DNA of 64,000 nt from Candidatus Methanomethylicia archaeon (GTDB lineage Archaea > Thermoproteota > Methanomethylicia > Culexarchaeales > Culexarchaeaceae). Shown piece after piece: positions 9,809 through 18,745 of the stretch. The notes beneath the pieces are model-generated. The model was not told the origin of the DNA, did no database searches, and saw only the letters and a list, made by a program, of their open reading frames with translations. The first letter of the stretch is position 1. Each line of letters starts with the position of its first letter. The DNA lies in NCBI GenBank assembly GCA_038727515.1, contig JAVYVS010000001.1:576001-640000 (forward strand), written 5' to 3'. The translations under genes were made by a program, and so were the position numbers.

Positions 9809-11035
9809 TTATGTTTTTAATACTATAGCCCACGTTGGAAAATTGTAGTATGCATTAACAGTCCTTCTAACCTCAATATAGTAAACGTAAACTGTGTACC
9901 CTTCTTCGCCGAATATATGTACTGAAGCTCTCACAGCATATCCAGTTTTAATAACTAAAGCGACATCTATGGGGATTTTTAATGGTATTGGAAGATATTG
10001 TTGTGGTATGTTAATTACAAAGCCAAATACAGGTATAGCAAAGCTCATACTAACATCACCTTCAAGATTTACACCAGTTGCAGGAGTATTCCATCCTTTT
10101 CCAGCAGCACTCTTTAGATATATTTCTGTCCCTTCTATATCATCACCTTTCACAGCCATTAAGGTTTCTGGTAAATGGTATCTTATGTATACTCTATGCT
10201 CTCTATAAACTTCTCCACCATTAGCAGGTTCTTCATACTCCCAACACTCATATGTACATGTAACTAAACAAGAAACATAACCAACACTATTTTGACCAAC
10301 ACTAAAAGTAACTTCATTACTCTCAGAATTACTAATAACAGTTATTTCTTTACCTATTTTCCATGGGATTATAATATTATTTGTTGGGTATAGAGTTACG
10401 GAAAATGTACATTTAAAACCCACTATCCCATATTTTGTTACCTCATAATAAGCAGTTGCTCTAGTATGTTGATCAGTAACTACTTTAAATAGAGTTTCTC
10501 GTTTTGACTCTTCTTTACTATATATTAATCTCGCCCATGGAGGAGCTTGTTGCTCAGTAATTATTGTTCCAAGTTTTTCTTCAACTTTTGTAAGTTTATC
10601 AGTTAACTCCACAATTACATTAGCTTTTAATGGACCAATAGCTGTTAATGGCAACTCTGTTGATCCAACTCCAAAATACTTATACCCTTCATATTTACCT
10701 ATTGCTGTAATATAGAGTACTGGGTGTAGTTTTATACTTCTCTTTTCAGCTTCATTCCAATCAATTAATGGTTTAATCACATCTTTTATTGATAATGTAA
10801 TTGTGGCTATTCCATGTTCATTTGTTGACGTAGCTTTTATAAATCTAGTTCCATTGGGTGCAGTTGCAAAGATATATATGTTTGCATTTGGAATAGCTTT
10901 GTAATCTTTGGTTACGATTATAGCCAGATATACCTTATCCATTTCTTGAGCTACAATACAAACTCCTAGTATGAGAGATGATATGAATAATACTAAGATA
11001 AATATTGTTTTTAGATTAAACTTCTTAGAAAACAT
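9809..11035 (-). CDS. Secreted hypothetical beta-rich protein
   Basis: Basic-hydrophobic N-terminal signal peptide (MFSKKFNLKTIFILVLFISSLILGVCIVA); transthyretin/prealbumin-like segment (IPNANIYI...TNEHGIATI); the remainder is beta-rich with no family recognised. Confidence 0.7.
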   Translation of the reverse strand: MFSKKFNLKTIFILVLFISSLILGVCIVAQEMDKVYLAIIVTKDYKAIPNANIYIFATAPNGTRFIKATSTNEHGIATITLSIKDVIKPLIDWNEAEKRSIKLHPVLYITAIGKYEGYKYFGVGSTELPLTAIGPLKANVIVELTDKLTKVEEKLGTIITEQQAPPWARLIYSKEESKRETLFKVVTDQHTRATAYYEVTKYGIVGFKCTFSVTLYPTNNIIIPWKIGKEITVISNSESNEVTFSVGQNSVGYVSCLVTCTYECWEYEEPANGGEVYREHRVYIRYHLPETLMAVKGDDIEGTEIYLKSAAGKGWNTPATGVNLEGDVSMSFAIPVFGFVINIPQQYLPIPLKIPIDVALVIKTGYAVRASVHIFGEEGYTVYVYYIEVRRTVNAYYNFPTWAIVLKT

Positions 11036-11111
11036 ATAACATCAAATAAAATTTTGTAGAAACATATATATATCGTCAACAACTTTAATTTACAATTTAA
11101 GTTTTAGAATG

Positions 11112-12170
11112 TTAAATTATATTTTTAATCCAGCTTCTTCCACCCCAGAATTTTCCACGTATATTTAAATTGTATTCACATTTAGGACATTTAGATTCAT
11201 CTTTAAGGTCATAAATGAAAATTTGAAACCCATATCTTTCAATTAGAAGTTTATTGCAGTTTGGGCAATAGGTATTTTCACCTTTAAGTTCTGGTGCATT
11301 CCCTAAATATACGTGTTTTAAACCAGTTTTACGAGCTATTTCAGCAGCTGTTTTAAGCATATATGATGGTGTTGAAGGACGATCATACATTTTATAGTCT
11401 GGATGAAATCTAAGTATATGGAATGGTATTTCAAAACCTAAATTATTAACGATCCAACTACATAGATTTTCAAGATCTTTCTCCCATCCTTCAAGTCCAG
11501 GTATTAGTAAATTTGTGATTTCAATGAATATATTATTTCTCTTCAATTCCAGTAGACATTCAAATATTGGATTAACATCGAAAACACTGGAAAACTTTCT
11601 ATATGCCTCTGGATTTGCTGAACATTTAAAATCTACAGTTGCTGCATCTAGGTATGGAGCTATAGTTCTAACGGCTTCTGGAGTCATATACCCATTGGTT
11701 ACAAAGGTATTGAATAAACCTTTACTTTTAGCTATTTTTGAAGTTTCATATGCATATTCGAAAAATATTGTTGGCTCAGTATACGTATAGCTTATACCCT
11801 GACAATCATTTTCTAAAGCTAATTCAACTATTCTTTCAGGTGGAATCTCACGACCATAAATTTCCTCTTCTTGACTAATAACCCAATTATCACAGAATAA
11901 ACATCTAAAATTACAGCCAATGGTAGCTATACTTAGAACTGATGCCCCTGGATTAAAGTGAAATAAAGGTTTTTTCTCGATAGGGTCGCAAGCAATAGAA
12001 CATGCTTTAGAGTAAACTAATGAGTAAAGTTTTCCACCAATATTTTTACGAACACGGCAAAAACCTGTTTTACCTTCAGCAATTATACATCTACGAGCAC
12101 ATAAATTGCATTTAACATTACCATTACCAATAGATTCATATAACATTGCTTCCTTCAAAATACATCCCAA
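11112..12170 (-). CDS. amrS: AmmeMemoRadiSam system radical SAM enzyme
   Basis: N-terminal CNLCARRC...GFCRVR, DPIEKKPLFHF, CNFRCLFC radical-SAM motif, YTYTEP, VTNGY, C-terminal CPNC..CPKC zinc ribbon. Confidence 0.9.
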   Translation of the reverse strand: MGCILKEAMLYESIGNGNVKCNLCARRCIIAEGKTGFCRVRKNIGGKLYSLVYSKACSIACDPIEKKPLFHFNPGASVLSIATIGCNFRCLFCDNWVISQEEEIYGREIPPERIVELALENDCQGISYTYTEPTIFFEYAYETSKIAKSKGLFNTFVTNGYMTPEAVRTIAPYLDAATVDFKCSANPEAYRKFSSVFDVNPIFECLLELKRNNIFIEITNLLIPGLEGWEKDLENLCSWIVNNLGFEIPFHILRFHPDYKMYDRPSTPSYMLKTAAEIARKTGLKHVYLGNAPELKGENTYCPNCNKLLIERYGFQIFIYDLKDESKCPKCEYNLNIRGKFWGGRSWIKNII

Positions 12171-12228
12171 ATATTAATTTGATAACAAGTATAATAACTT
12201 ATTTCAAGAAAAATTATAGGGGACTAAT

Positions 12229-13254
12229 GTGTTTAGAACTCTAGGTAGAACGGGATTAAAGGTTTTTCCAATAGGATTCGGTGGGATACCAATACAAGTC
12301 GTTGAAGATAGAGAAGCAATAAAAGTGATCAGGAGAGCATATGAACTTGGAGTAAACTTTTATGATACTGCAAGAGTATATGGATCAAGTGAAAGAAAAA
12401 TTGGGGAAGCATTAAATGATGTTAGAGAAGAAGTGATAATTGCAACTAAAACAACAGCTAAGAGTTATGAGAATGCCATTAAAGATTTGGAAACAAGTTT
12501 ATCTGAATTGAAAACAGATTACATAGACATATGGCAATTACATAATGTAAGTACCCATGAAACTCTAGAGAAAGTATTGTCAAGTAATGGTGCTATAGAA
12601 GCATTAAAGGAAGCAAAAAAGAGGGGTAAGGTTAGATGTATTGGGATAACAAGCCATAATTTAAATGTATTAATTAAAGCTATGGAAACAAATATATTTG
12701 ATACAATACAATTCCCATTCAACTACTTATCAGATGAAGCAAAAATAGATGTTATACCAAAAGCCATTGAAATGAACCTTGGAATTATAGCAATGAAGCC
12801 AATAGCTGGAGGAGAAATAAATTACCCAAAAATAGCTTTGAAATACGTATTAAAACATAATGTAACTGTAGCAATACCGGGAATGAAGAGCATAATTGAA
12901 GTAGAAGAAAATGTTTCAAGCATAAAGGATGGAATTGAAATAACAAAAGAGGAAGAAGAAATAATTGAATATGAGAGGAGGAATATGGAGAAAATATTTT
13001 GTAGAGGATGCATGTACTGTATGCCATGCCCTCAAGGGATACCAATAAGTCAACTACTAAGAATAAAACAATTTGTTAATAGAACTGGAATAAGTAGACA
13101 AGTAATAGAAATTTATGAAGAAGCAAAAAATACTGTTCCAAACTGTAAACTATGTCGACAATGTGAAGAAAAATGTCCATACAATCTACCAATAACAACA
13201 TTGATCCATGAGAAACTGGGATGGATTGAAAATGAATTAAAGAATAGGGGATAA
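12229..13254 (+). CDS. Aldo/keto reductase with C-terminal Fe-S dicluster domain
   Basis: GFGG, YDTARVYG, IATK, DYIDIWQLH, IGITSH, AMKP; C-terminal CRGCMYCMPCP and CKLCRQCEEKCP. Confidence 0.9.
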   Translation: MFRTLGRTGLKVFPIGFGGIPIQVVEDREAIKVIRRAYELGVNFYDTARVYGSSERKIGEALNDVREEVIIATKTTAKSYENAIKDLETSLSELKTDYIDIWQLHNVSTHETLEKVLSSNGAIEALKEAKKRGKVRCIGITSHNLNVLIKAMETNIFDTIQFPFNYLSDEAKIDVIPKAIEMNLGIIAMKPIAGGEINYPKIALKYVLKHNVTVAIPGMKSIIEVEENVSSIKDGIEITKEEEEIIEYERRNMEKIFCRGCMYCMPCPQGIPISQLLRIKQFVNRTGISRQVIEIYEEAKNTVPNCKLCRQCEEKCPYNLPITTLIHEKLGWIENELKNRG

Positions 13255-13271
13255 TTTGATTAGGTGTTCAA

Positions 13272-14126
13272 ATGCTCATAGACTATATAATATTGATGGT
13301 GGCAATATTCAGCGTATCTTGGGCATCAATACTAGTACTATTATCAAATGCTCCAGGAATAGTATGTGCATTCTGGAGGATGACATTATCTTCAATAATA
13401 ACCCTCTTTCTAACATCCATAAAAAATAAGGAGATAAAAGTTGTATTAAACATTCCAATAATATTCTCCGGTATAAGTTTAGCGATACACTTCTCATTTT
13501 GGATGGAATCATTATATAAAATCCCAGTGGCATTAAGTACAACAATAGTAAATTTACATCCAATATTCTCAACCATAATTGGTTCATTAATTAGAGAAAA
13601 AATAAAAAGGATACATTTAATTGGAATAATTACAGCCATAATTGGAGCGGCAATAATGGTTAAAGTATGGGAGATAAGTACAGAAATAGAATATCTTGGA
13701 ATAATATATGCACTTATAGGGGCATTATCATTTTCAACATATCTTTCAATAAATAAAATTTCAAGGAAAAACATGGACACATTAACATTAACAACGGGAG
13801 TTTATGGTATTGGAGGATTAACAACTCTAATCTACATAATGATAAATAAAATAAACTTCATAATATACCCGCAATCAACGTGGATCTACATAATATTGAT
13901 AACAATGATACCAATGTTAATGGGGCATACTCTACTAAACTATCTACTTAGAAATTTGGGATTAGTAATAGTTGCAGTTTCAACTTTGGGAGAACCTATT
14001 GGATCAACAGTTTTAGCATATACAATCTTAAAACAAAAAATTGATTTAACACAAATATTTGGAATGATGACAACCTTAGCTGGAATCTTTATCACAACGC
14101 TAAGTGAAAGAAAAATTAACCAATAA
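13272..14126 (+). CDS. EamA/DMT family transporter
   Basis: About 10 hydrophobic helices in two repeats; AFWRM, LAIHF..W..SL, GHTLLN, LGEPIG motifs. Confidence 0.88.
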   Translation: MLIDYIILMVAIFSVSWASILVLLSNAPGIVCAFWRMTLSSIITLFLTSIKNKEIKVVLNIPIIFSGISLAIHFSFWMESLYKIPVALSTTIVNLHPIFSTIIGSLIREKIKRIHLIGIITAIIGAAIMVKVWEISTEIEYLGIIYALIGALSFSTYLSINKISRKNMDTLTLTTGVYGIGGLTTLIYIMINKINFIIYPQSTWIYIILITMIPMLMGHTLLNYLLRNLGLVIVAVSTLGEPIGSTVLAYTILKQKIDLTQIFGMMTTLAGIFITTLSERKINQ

Positions 14127-15123
14127 AATCCAATAAATAATTTGAAAGTTCAGAAATTTTAAAGGGGTTGAAACCAGTGTCATCTATTGTTTCAATACCC
14201 CTTAAACTCAACCTATATTTAACCCCCCTAGGAACTTTAACTTTAGATACTACAAACATCTTTTTAGGCTTGTATAACGAAAGGTAAACATCAATAACAT
14301 CTAATGCTTTAACATTCTCTAAATTACCATTAGTTAAAGTCATTATCCCCTTAGAAAATCTAAATTTCTTCCACCAACCATCAACCTCCTTACATTCGAT
14401 TATCATAAATGGACGTTTAACCAACATATTTCTTGAATTACTTGAACTTTTACTTGGAAGAATGTTTCTAACCCATCTATGATAAATCATTATATCTGGT
14501 CTTGGAGCTGCATTCAATGATAACTTTGAACTACGCCTAACTTTCTTTATACGTTCAATAGGGCGTGGAGCTTCCACAAAGAAACTAAATCTCTCACCAT
14601 CAATTTCTAAAACATAATTTGGAGATAAGGAATTATTACCTTGAAAACCTTTACGAGACAAAATAATCCACTTATTACGTGGGTATATAATCTTTATTTC
14701 ATGGGAATGTAAATTATAGGGAATAGATAAAACAACGAAATTCTGAAACATAAGTTTCAAATTGGACTCCAAACACTTCTTGATCGTCAAATTAATTATT
14801 GAATTAAAATTCTCTAAATCAAGATCCTTTAATATAAGTTCATATGATTTAGAGACAAATAAATTTATGATATGATTTAGGGGATCTTCTAGAAATGATG
14901 AAAGCTGTTTTGAATGTATTATATATGGGGAATTCAATATTGTTTTAATATCTTCACAAAAATCATTGTACACATAAACATGTTTACGAATAATCTCAAT
15001 TTCATCTCCAAAAACCTCTTTAATATAAGATTTAGCAAATTCCATATATTTATCTTCATCAAAGATTTTAGATGCCCGTAAATCCTCATATATAGATTCC
15101 CACATTAAATTCACCTTATCCAC
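14116..15123 (-). CDS. Hypothetical protein with C-terminal PD-(D/E)xK nuclease-like motif
   Basis: PRPDIMIY...MIIECKE arrangement; otherwise unrecognised. Confidence 0.6.
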   Translation of the reverse strand: MDKVNLMWESIYEDLRASKIFDEDKYMEFAKSYIKEVFGDEIEIIRKHVYVYNDFCEDIKTILNSPYIIHSKQLSSFLEDPLNHIINLFVSKSYELILKDLDLENFNSIINLTIKKCLESNLKLMFQNFVVLSIPYNLHSHEIKIIYPRNKWIILSRKGFQGNNSLSPNYVLEIDGERFSFFVEAPRPIERIKKVRRSSKLSLNAAPRPDIMIYHRWVRNILPSKSSSNSRNMLVKRPFMIIECKEVDGWWKKFRFSKGIMTLTNGNLENVKALDVIDVYLSLYKPKKMFVVSKVKVPRGVKYRLSLRGIETIDDTGFNPFKISELSNYLLDFIG

Positions 15124-15229
15124 ACTAAAACATAATCAATACACACCACTAAACTTAAACGATAAATTACGGAATGAATAAGAAGAATAAAGTAAATAAA
15201 TGTAATTAACCGTAAAATATAAATAATCA

Positions 15230-15910
15230 TTAAGCTTCCAGTAACCTTATATAACCAATACCATATGGAAGCTCATTCAAAAAGGAATTAAACTTAAATA
15301 TTGAAACTACAGGTAAACCATTATAAATCCCAGAACTTTCATCTAAAAGTGTAACTATCACAGGAATGAAATAGATTTTACCATTAAAATCTAAATTAAA
15401 TAAACTTCTAAAAACCTTTGAGAAAAGTAATGTTTTATCATTATGAAGTTTAATTGCTCTTTCAATAATTGATGGACGATTGATAGACCAATGCTTACAA
15501 TCTAAACAAATAACATATGGAATTTTAAAACCAATTAAATCCAATTCAAATCTTTTTGAATCAATTTTAAACCTAACATTTTTATAAACACTATAATCAA
15601 AAGCTTTTAAAACTTCAAAACATAGGTTTTCAAATTCCCTCCAATTCAAAAATTTTGAAACCCTCTTAACATCAATACCTAAACCAATAGCGTAATATGC
15701 AAGTTTCAATCTATCTTTAACCTTAATGGACAATATACCATCAAAATCAATAAAATCAATAAACCCAAGCTCCATTAAACGCTTTAGACAATCCATTACA
15801 TGATCAAATGATAAAAATGTGTATTCAATTATTTCATCAATATTGCAAATAGGTTTATTTTCAGTAAGCATAAGAACAGTTAATATAACTTTATCGAGAA
15901 AAATTTGCAA
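15230..15910 (-). CDS. wHTH plus restriction-endonuclease-like (Mrr/NERD-type PD-(D/E)xK) protein
   Basis: N-terminal wHTH-like (LKRLMELGFI), then WREFE..C, FELDLIG, CLDCKHW. Confidence 0.7.
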   Translation of the reverse strand: MQIFLDKVILTVLMLTENKPICNIDEIIEYTFLSFDHVMDCLKRLMELGFIDFIDFDGILSIKVKDRLKLAYYAIGLGIDVKRVSKFLNWREFENLCFEVLKAFDYSVYKNVRFKIDSKRFELDLIGFKIPYVICLDCKHWSINRPSIIERAIKLHNDKTLLFSKVFRSLFNLDFNGKIYFIPVIVTLLDESSGIYNGLPVVSIFKFNSFLNELPYGIGYIRLLEA

Positions 15911-16143
15911 AATACTCCCTAAATAAATTCTAGACCTCGAAAATATAATCTTTAAAGTTTACATATATGAAGATATATGCATCAAGACTAAGTAAATACA
16001 AGTTGTATTAATCAATTAAATGCAAAAGAAAATACATTTAAAGCATGGAGAAAAGAGAGCATAAACAATCAATTGTAGATTTCAATGTATGTATAAACTA
16101 CAGCTTATAAAAGAGTTGAAACATAAAGTATTGTGAAACAACG

Positions 16144-16398
16144 ATGTCTAGGGGAAAAGTAAGTGTGAAAGAGAGATGTCACATTTGTGGAAGAAAACTT
16201 TCAAGGAATAGCTTAACCATTAGCAGAGGTAATCTAAAACCAATGTATGAATATATCCTTAAAAACGGTGAAAAGAAATTTTTGTGCTCCACATGCTTTA
16301 ATAAAATCGTGGGATTAGAATTACTAGAGTTCCTTGAGAAAATAAATGAGGAAAGCAGTAGTAAAAAGGTTAAAGTATATAGTGCAACCAATTACTAG
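16144..16398 (+). CDS. Small C4 zinc-finger protein
   Basis: CHICG...LCSTCF; upstream TTATAAAA TATA-like box; stop codon abuts the nnr ATG. Confidence 0.65.
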   Translation: MSRGKVSVKERCHICGRKLSRNSLTISRGNLKPMYEYILKNGEKKFLCSTCFNKIVGLELLEFLEKINEESSSKKVKVYSATNY

Positions 16399-17958
16399 AT
16401 GATGCAAAAAATAGAAAAGGGATTAAGTGTAGAGGAAATTCAAGCAATAGACGTAAATTGTGAATATCTAGGTATAAAAAGATTAATGTTAATGGAAAAT
16501 GCGGGTGCAGAAGTTTCAAGGATAATTCTTGAAATGATAAAACCGAAAAAATGTATAACTATAGTGGCTGGAAGTGGAAATAAGGGTGGAGATGGATTTG
16601 TTGCAGCAAGACATTTGTCTAGATTGGGGATAGAGATTATAGTTATACTTATTGGGAGACCAGAAAGCATAAGAAGTGAAGAAGCAAAAATAAACTGGAA
16701 GATAATAAATGAATTAAAATCATCAATAAAAACAATAGTAATTGAAGATACAAGTCAAATAGATTCAATAAAGGAGTTATTGACTAAATCAGAGGTTATA
16801 GTTGATGCACTACTTGGAACTGGTATAAGAGGTTTAGTAAAACCACCAGCATCAGAAATAATAAAGATTATTAATCACGCAAGAGAATGTGGAGCAAAGA
16901 TAGTATCAATAGATGTACCATCAGGTATAGATCCAAATAACGGAACCCCATTGGGAGTAGCTGTAAAAGCTGATTTAACCATTACACATCACAAACCAAA
17001 AATTGGGTTAATGACAAAGGATGGAACTGGATATGCTGGTGAAATAATAGTATCAAACATTGGAATCCCACCAGAAGTAGAATTATTCGCAGGACCTGGA
17101 GACGTCATAATAAACATTAAAAGGAGAAGGGAAACTTCACATAAAGGTGATTTCGGTAGAATAATCGTTATTGGTGGTAGCATAGAATACACAGGTGCGC
17201 CAGCTCTAACAGCTTTAGCCGCTTTAAGAACTGGAGCCGATATATCTATAATCATAACTCCAAGTAAAATTGCAAATGCCATAAGAAGTTTCTCACCAAA
17301 TTTAATAGTTAAAGAATATGAAGGAGAATACTTAAATACAAAGGGATTAAAGATTATTGAAAAAGAAATTGAAAAAGCAGATGTTGTAGCTATTGGACCT
17401 GGATTATCTTCTACACAAGAAGTTTTAGACAATGCAATGGAAGTATTTAAGATGGCAGCTGAAAAAGGTAAAAACCTAGTTATAGATGCAGATGCACTAA
17501 AAGCTTATGCTAAAAACCCATCAATAGTTAAAGGAACAAGAACAATAGTAACACCACACACAGGAGAATTCAAAATAGTAACGGGAATAACTCTGCCAAA
17601 TGAAGAAGGAGAAGGATGGAAAGATAGGATACCAATAGTCATGAATGAAGCAAGAAAACTCGAAGTAACAATACTATTGAAATCACATTATGATATAATT
17701 TCAGATGGCATAAAGGTTAAGGTTAATAGAACTGGAAATCCAGGTATGACTGTGGGTGGAACTGGAGATGTACTTACAGGGGTAACATCAACATTCCTAG
17801 CTTGGACTAATAATACATTTAGATCTGCAGTAGCAGCAGCATTTATAAATGGTTTAGCAGGAGATATAGCTGTTTCTGAAAAAGGGTATCATATAACTGC
17901 AACTGATGTGGTGGAGAAAATTCCCGAAGCATTTAAAATCGTGGAGAAATACGTTTAA
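16399..17958 (+). CDS. nnr: Bifunctional NAD(P)H-hydrate epimerase/dehydratase
   Basis: LMENAG, GSGNKGGDG, DALLGTG, DVPSG (YjeF_N); HKGDFG, YTGAP, GPG, DADAL, TPHTGEF, GGTGDVLTG (YjeF_C). Confidence 0.96.
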   Translation: MMQKIEKGLSVEEIQAIDVNCEYLGIKRLMLMENAGAEVSRIILEMIKPKKCITIVAGSGNKGGDGFVAARHLSRLGIEIIVILIGRPESIRSEEAKINWKIINELKSSIKTIVIEDTSQIDSIKELLTKSEVIVDALLGTGIRGLVKPPASEIIKIINHARECGAKIVSIDVPSGIDPNNGTPLGVAVKADLTITHHKPKIGLMTKDGTGYAGEIIVSNIGIPPEVELFAGPGDVIINIKRRRETSHKGDFGRIIVIGGSIEYTGAPALTALAALRTGADISIIITPSKIANAIRSFSPNLIVKEYEGEYLNTKGLKIIEKEIEKADVVAIGPGLSSTQEVLDNAMEVFKMAAEKGKNLVIDADALKAYAKNPSIVKGTRTIVTPHTGEFKIVTGITLPNEEGEGWKDRIPIVMNEARKLEVTILLKSHYDIISDGIKVKVNRTGNPGMTVGGTGDVLTGVTSTFLAWTNNTFRSAVAAAFINGLAGDIAVSEKGYHITATDVVEKIPEAFKIVEKYV

Positions 17959-18601
17959 CAAAAAATTTCAATAGATGGGGTGAATCAAGTATCTTCCTTA
18001 AATAATAAGATTTACGTATAATTGGAATAGCTTTACCTTTAACAATACATTCTATAATGTCATCAATATTAGATTTAGCTTCATGGATAAAGGTACATGC
18101 AAATCCAATAGTCCAAGGTGTATGAGCATCAGAACCTGCAATCAATGGTATTTTCAATGGGAAAATATCTAAAGATGTTTTAAATGGATATATTTCTAAA
18201 GCATCAAAATAATTTTTAAGATTATATATTCTCTCACCAATACCAGAAGAACGAAATATATGTGCAGCAATAATAATACCACCAAGATCTTTAACGAAAT
18301 CGTAAAATTGATGGAAATCTAATATGCACCTATCTGGAAAATCACATTTAAAACTTGGGAAAATTACAGTTACATGACCAAAATCAAAGGAAAATTCAGC
18401 TCCAGGTAAAACTATTAAATCATTAACTTTAGCATCTAAATAAACTTTAAACCGTTTATTAAGTAAACTTAATGAATCAACATTATAGATGTGATCAACA
18501 AAAGCTAATCCATCAACTCTCCCAACACTATATTTAACAATTTTACTTGGATTATAAAGTCCATCTGATAATGAAGAATGTACATGAACATCAATATACA
18601 T
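17933..18601 (-). CDS. PHP-domain metal-dependent phosphoesterase
   Basis: DVHVHS..SDG, VDH, GAE, GH, AAH, GSDAH. Likely ATG start at 18601 (track start 18622). Confidence 0.85.
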   Translation of the reverse strand: MYIDVHVHSSLSDGLYNPSKIVKYSVGRVDGLAFVDHIYNVDSLSLLNKRFKVYLDAKVNDLIVLPGAEFSFDFGHVTVIFPSFKCDFPDRCILDFHQFYDFVKDLGGIIIAAHIFRSSGIGERIYNLKNYFDALEIYPFKTSLDIFPLKIPLIAGSDAHTPWTIGFACTFIHEAKSNIDDIIECIVKGKAIPIIRKSYYLRKILDSPHLLKFFVKRISPRF

Positions 18602-18745
18602 AACTAAAATAAATAGTAACAAGTCAATATAAATAACTATTATGTAAAACTAGTAACTATCTACATGATAAATTCACTCTAGTGAAAACATATCCACTAG
18701 AAACAACTTTATTAAAATAAAGATACATATAAGAATTGAATAAGA

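Noticed and set aside
15911-16143. ncRNA or micro-ORFs in the 233-nt intergenic gap
   Set aside because: AT-rich, with no stable stems or C/D spacing; two 14-codon ORFs lack supporting evidence. Best explained as divergent promoters.
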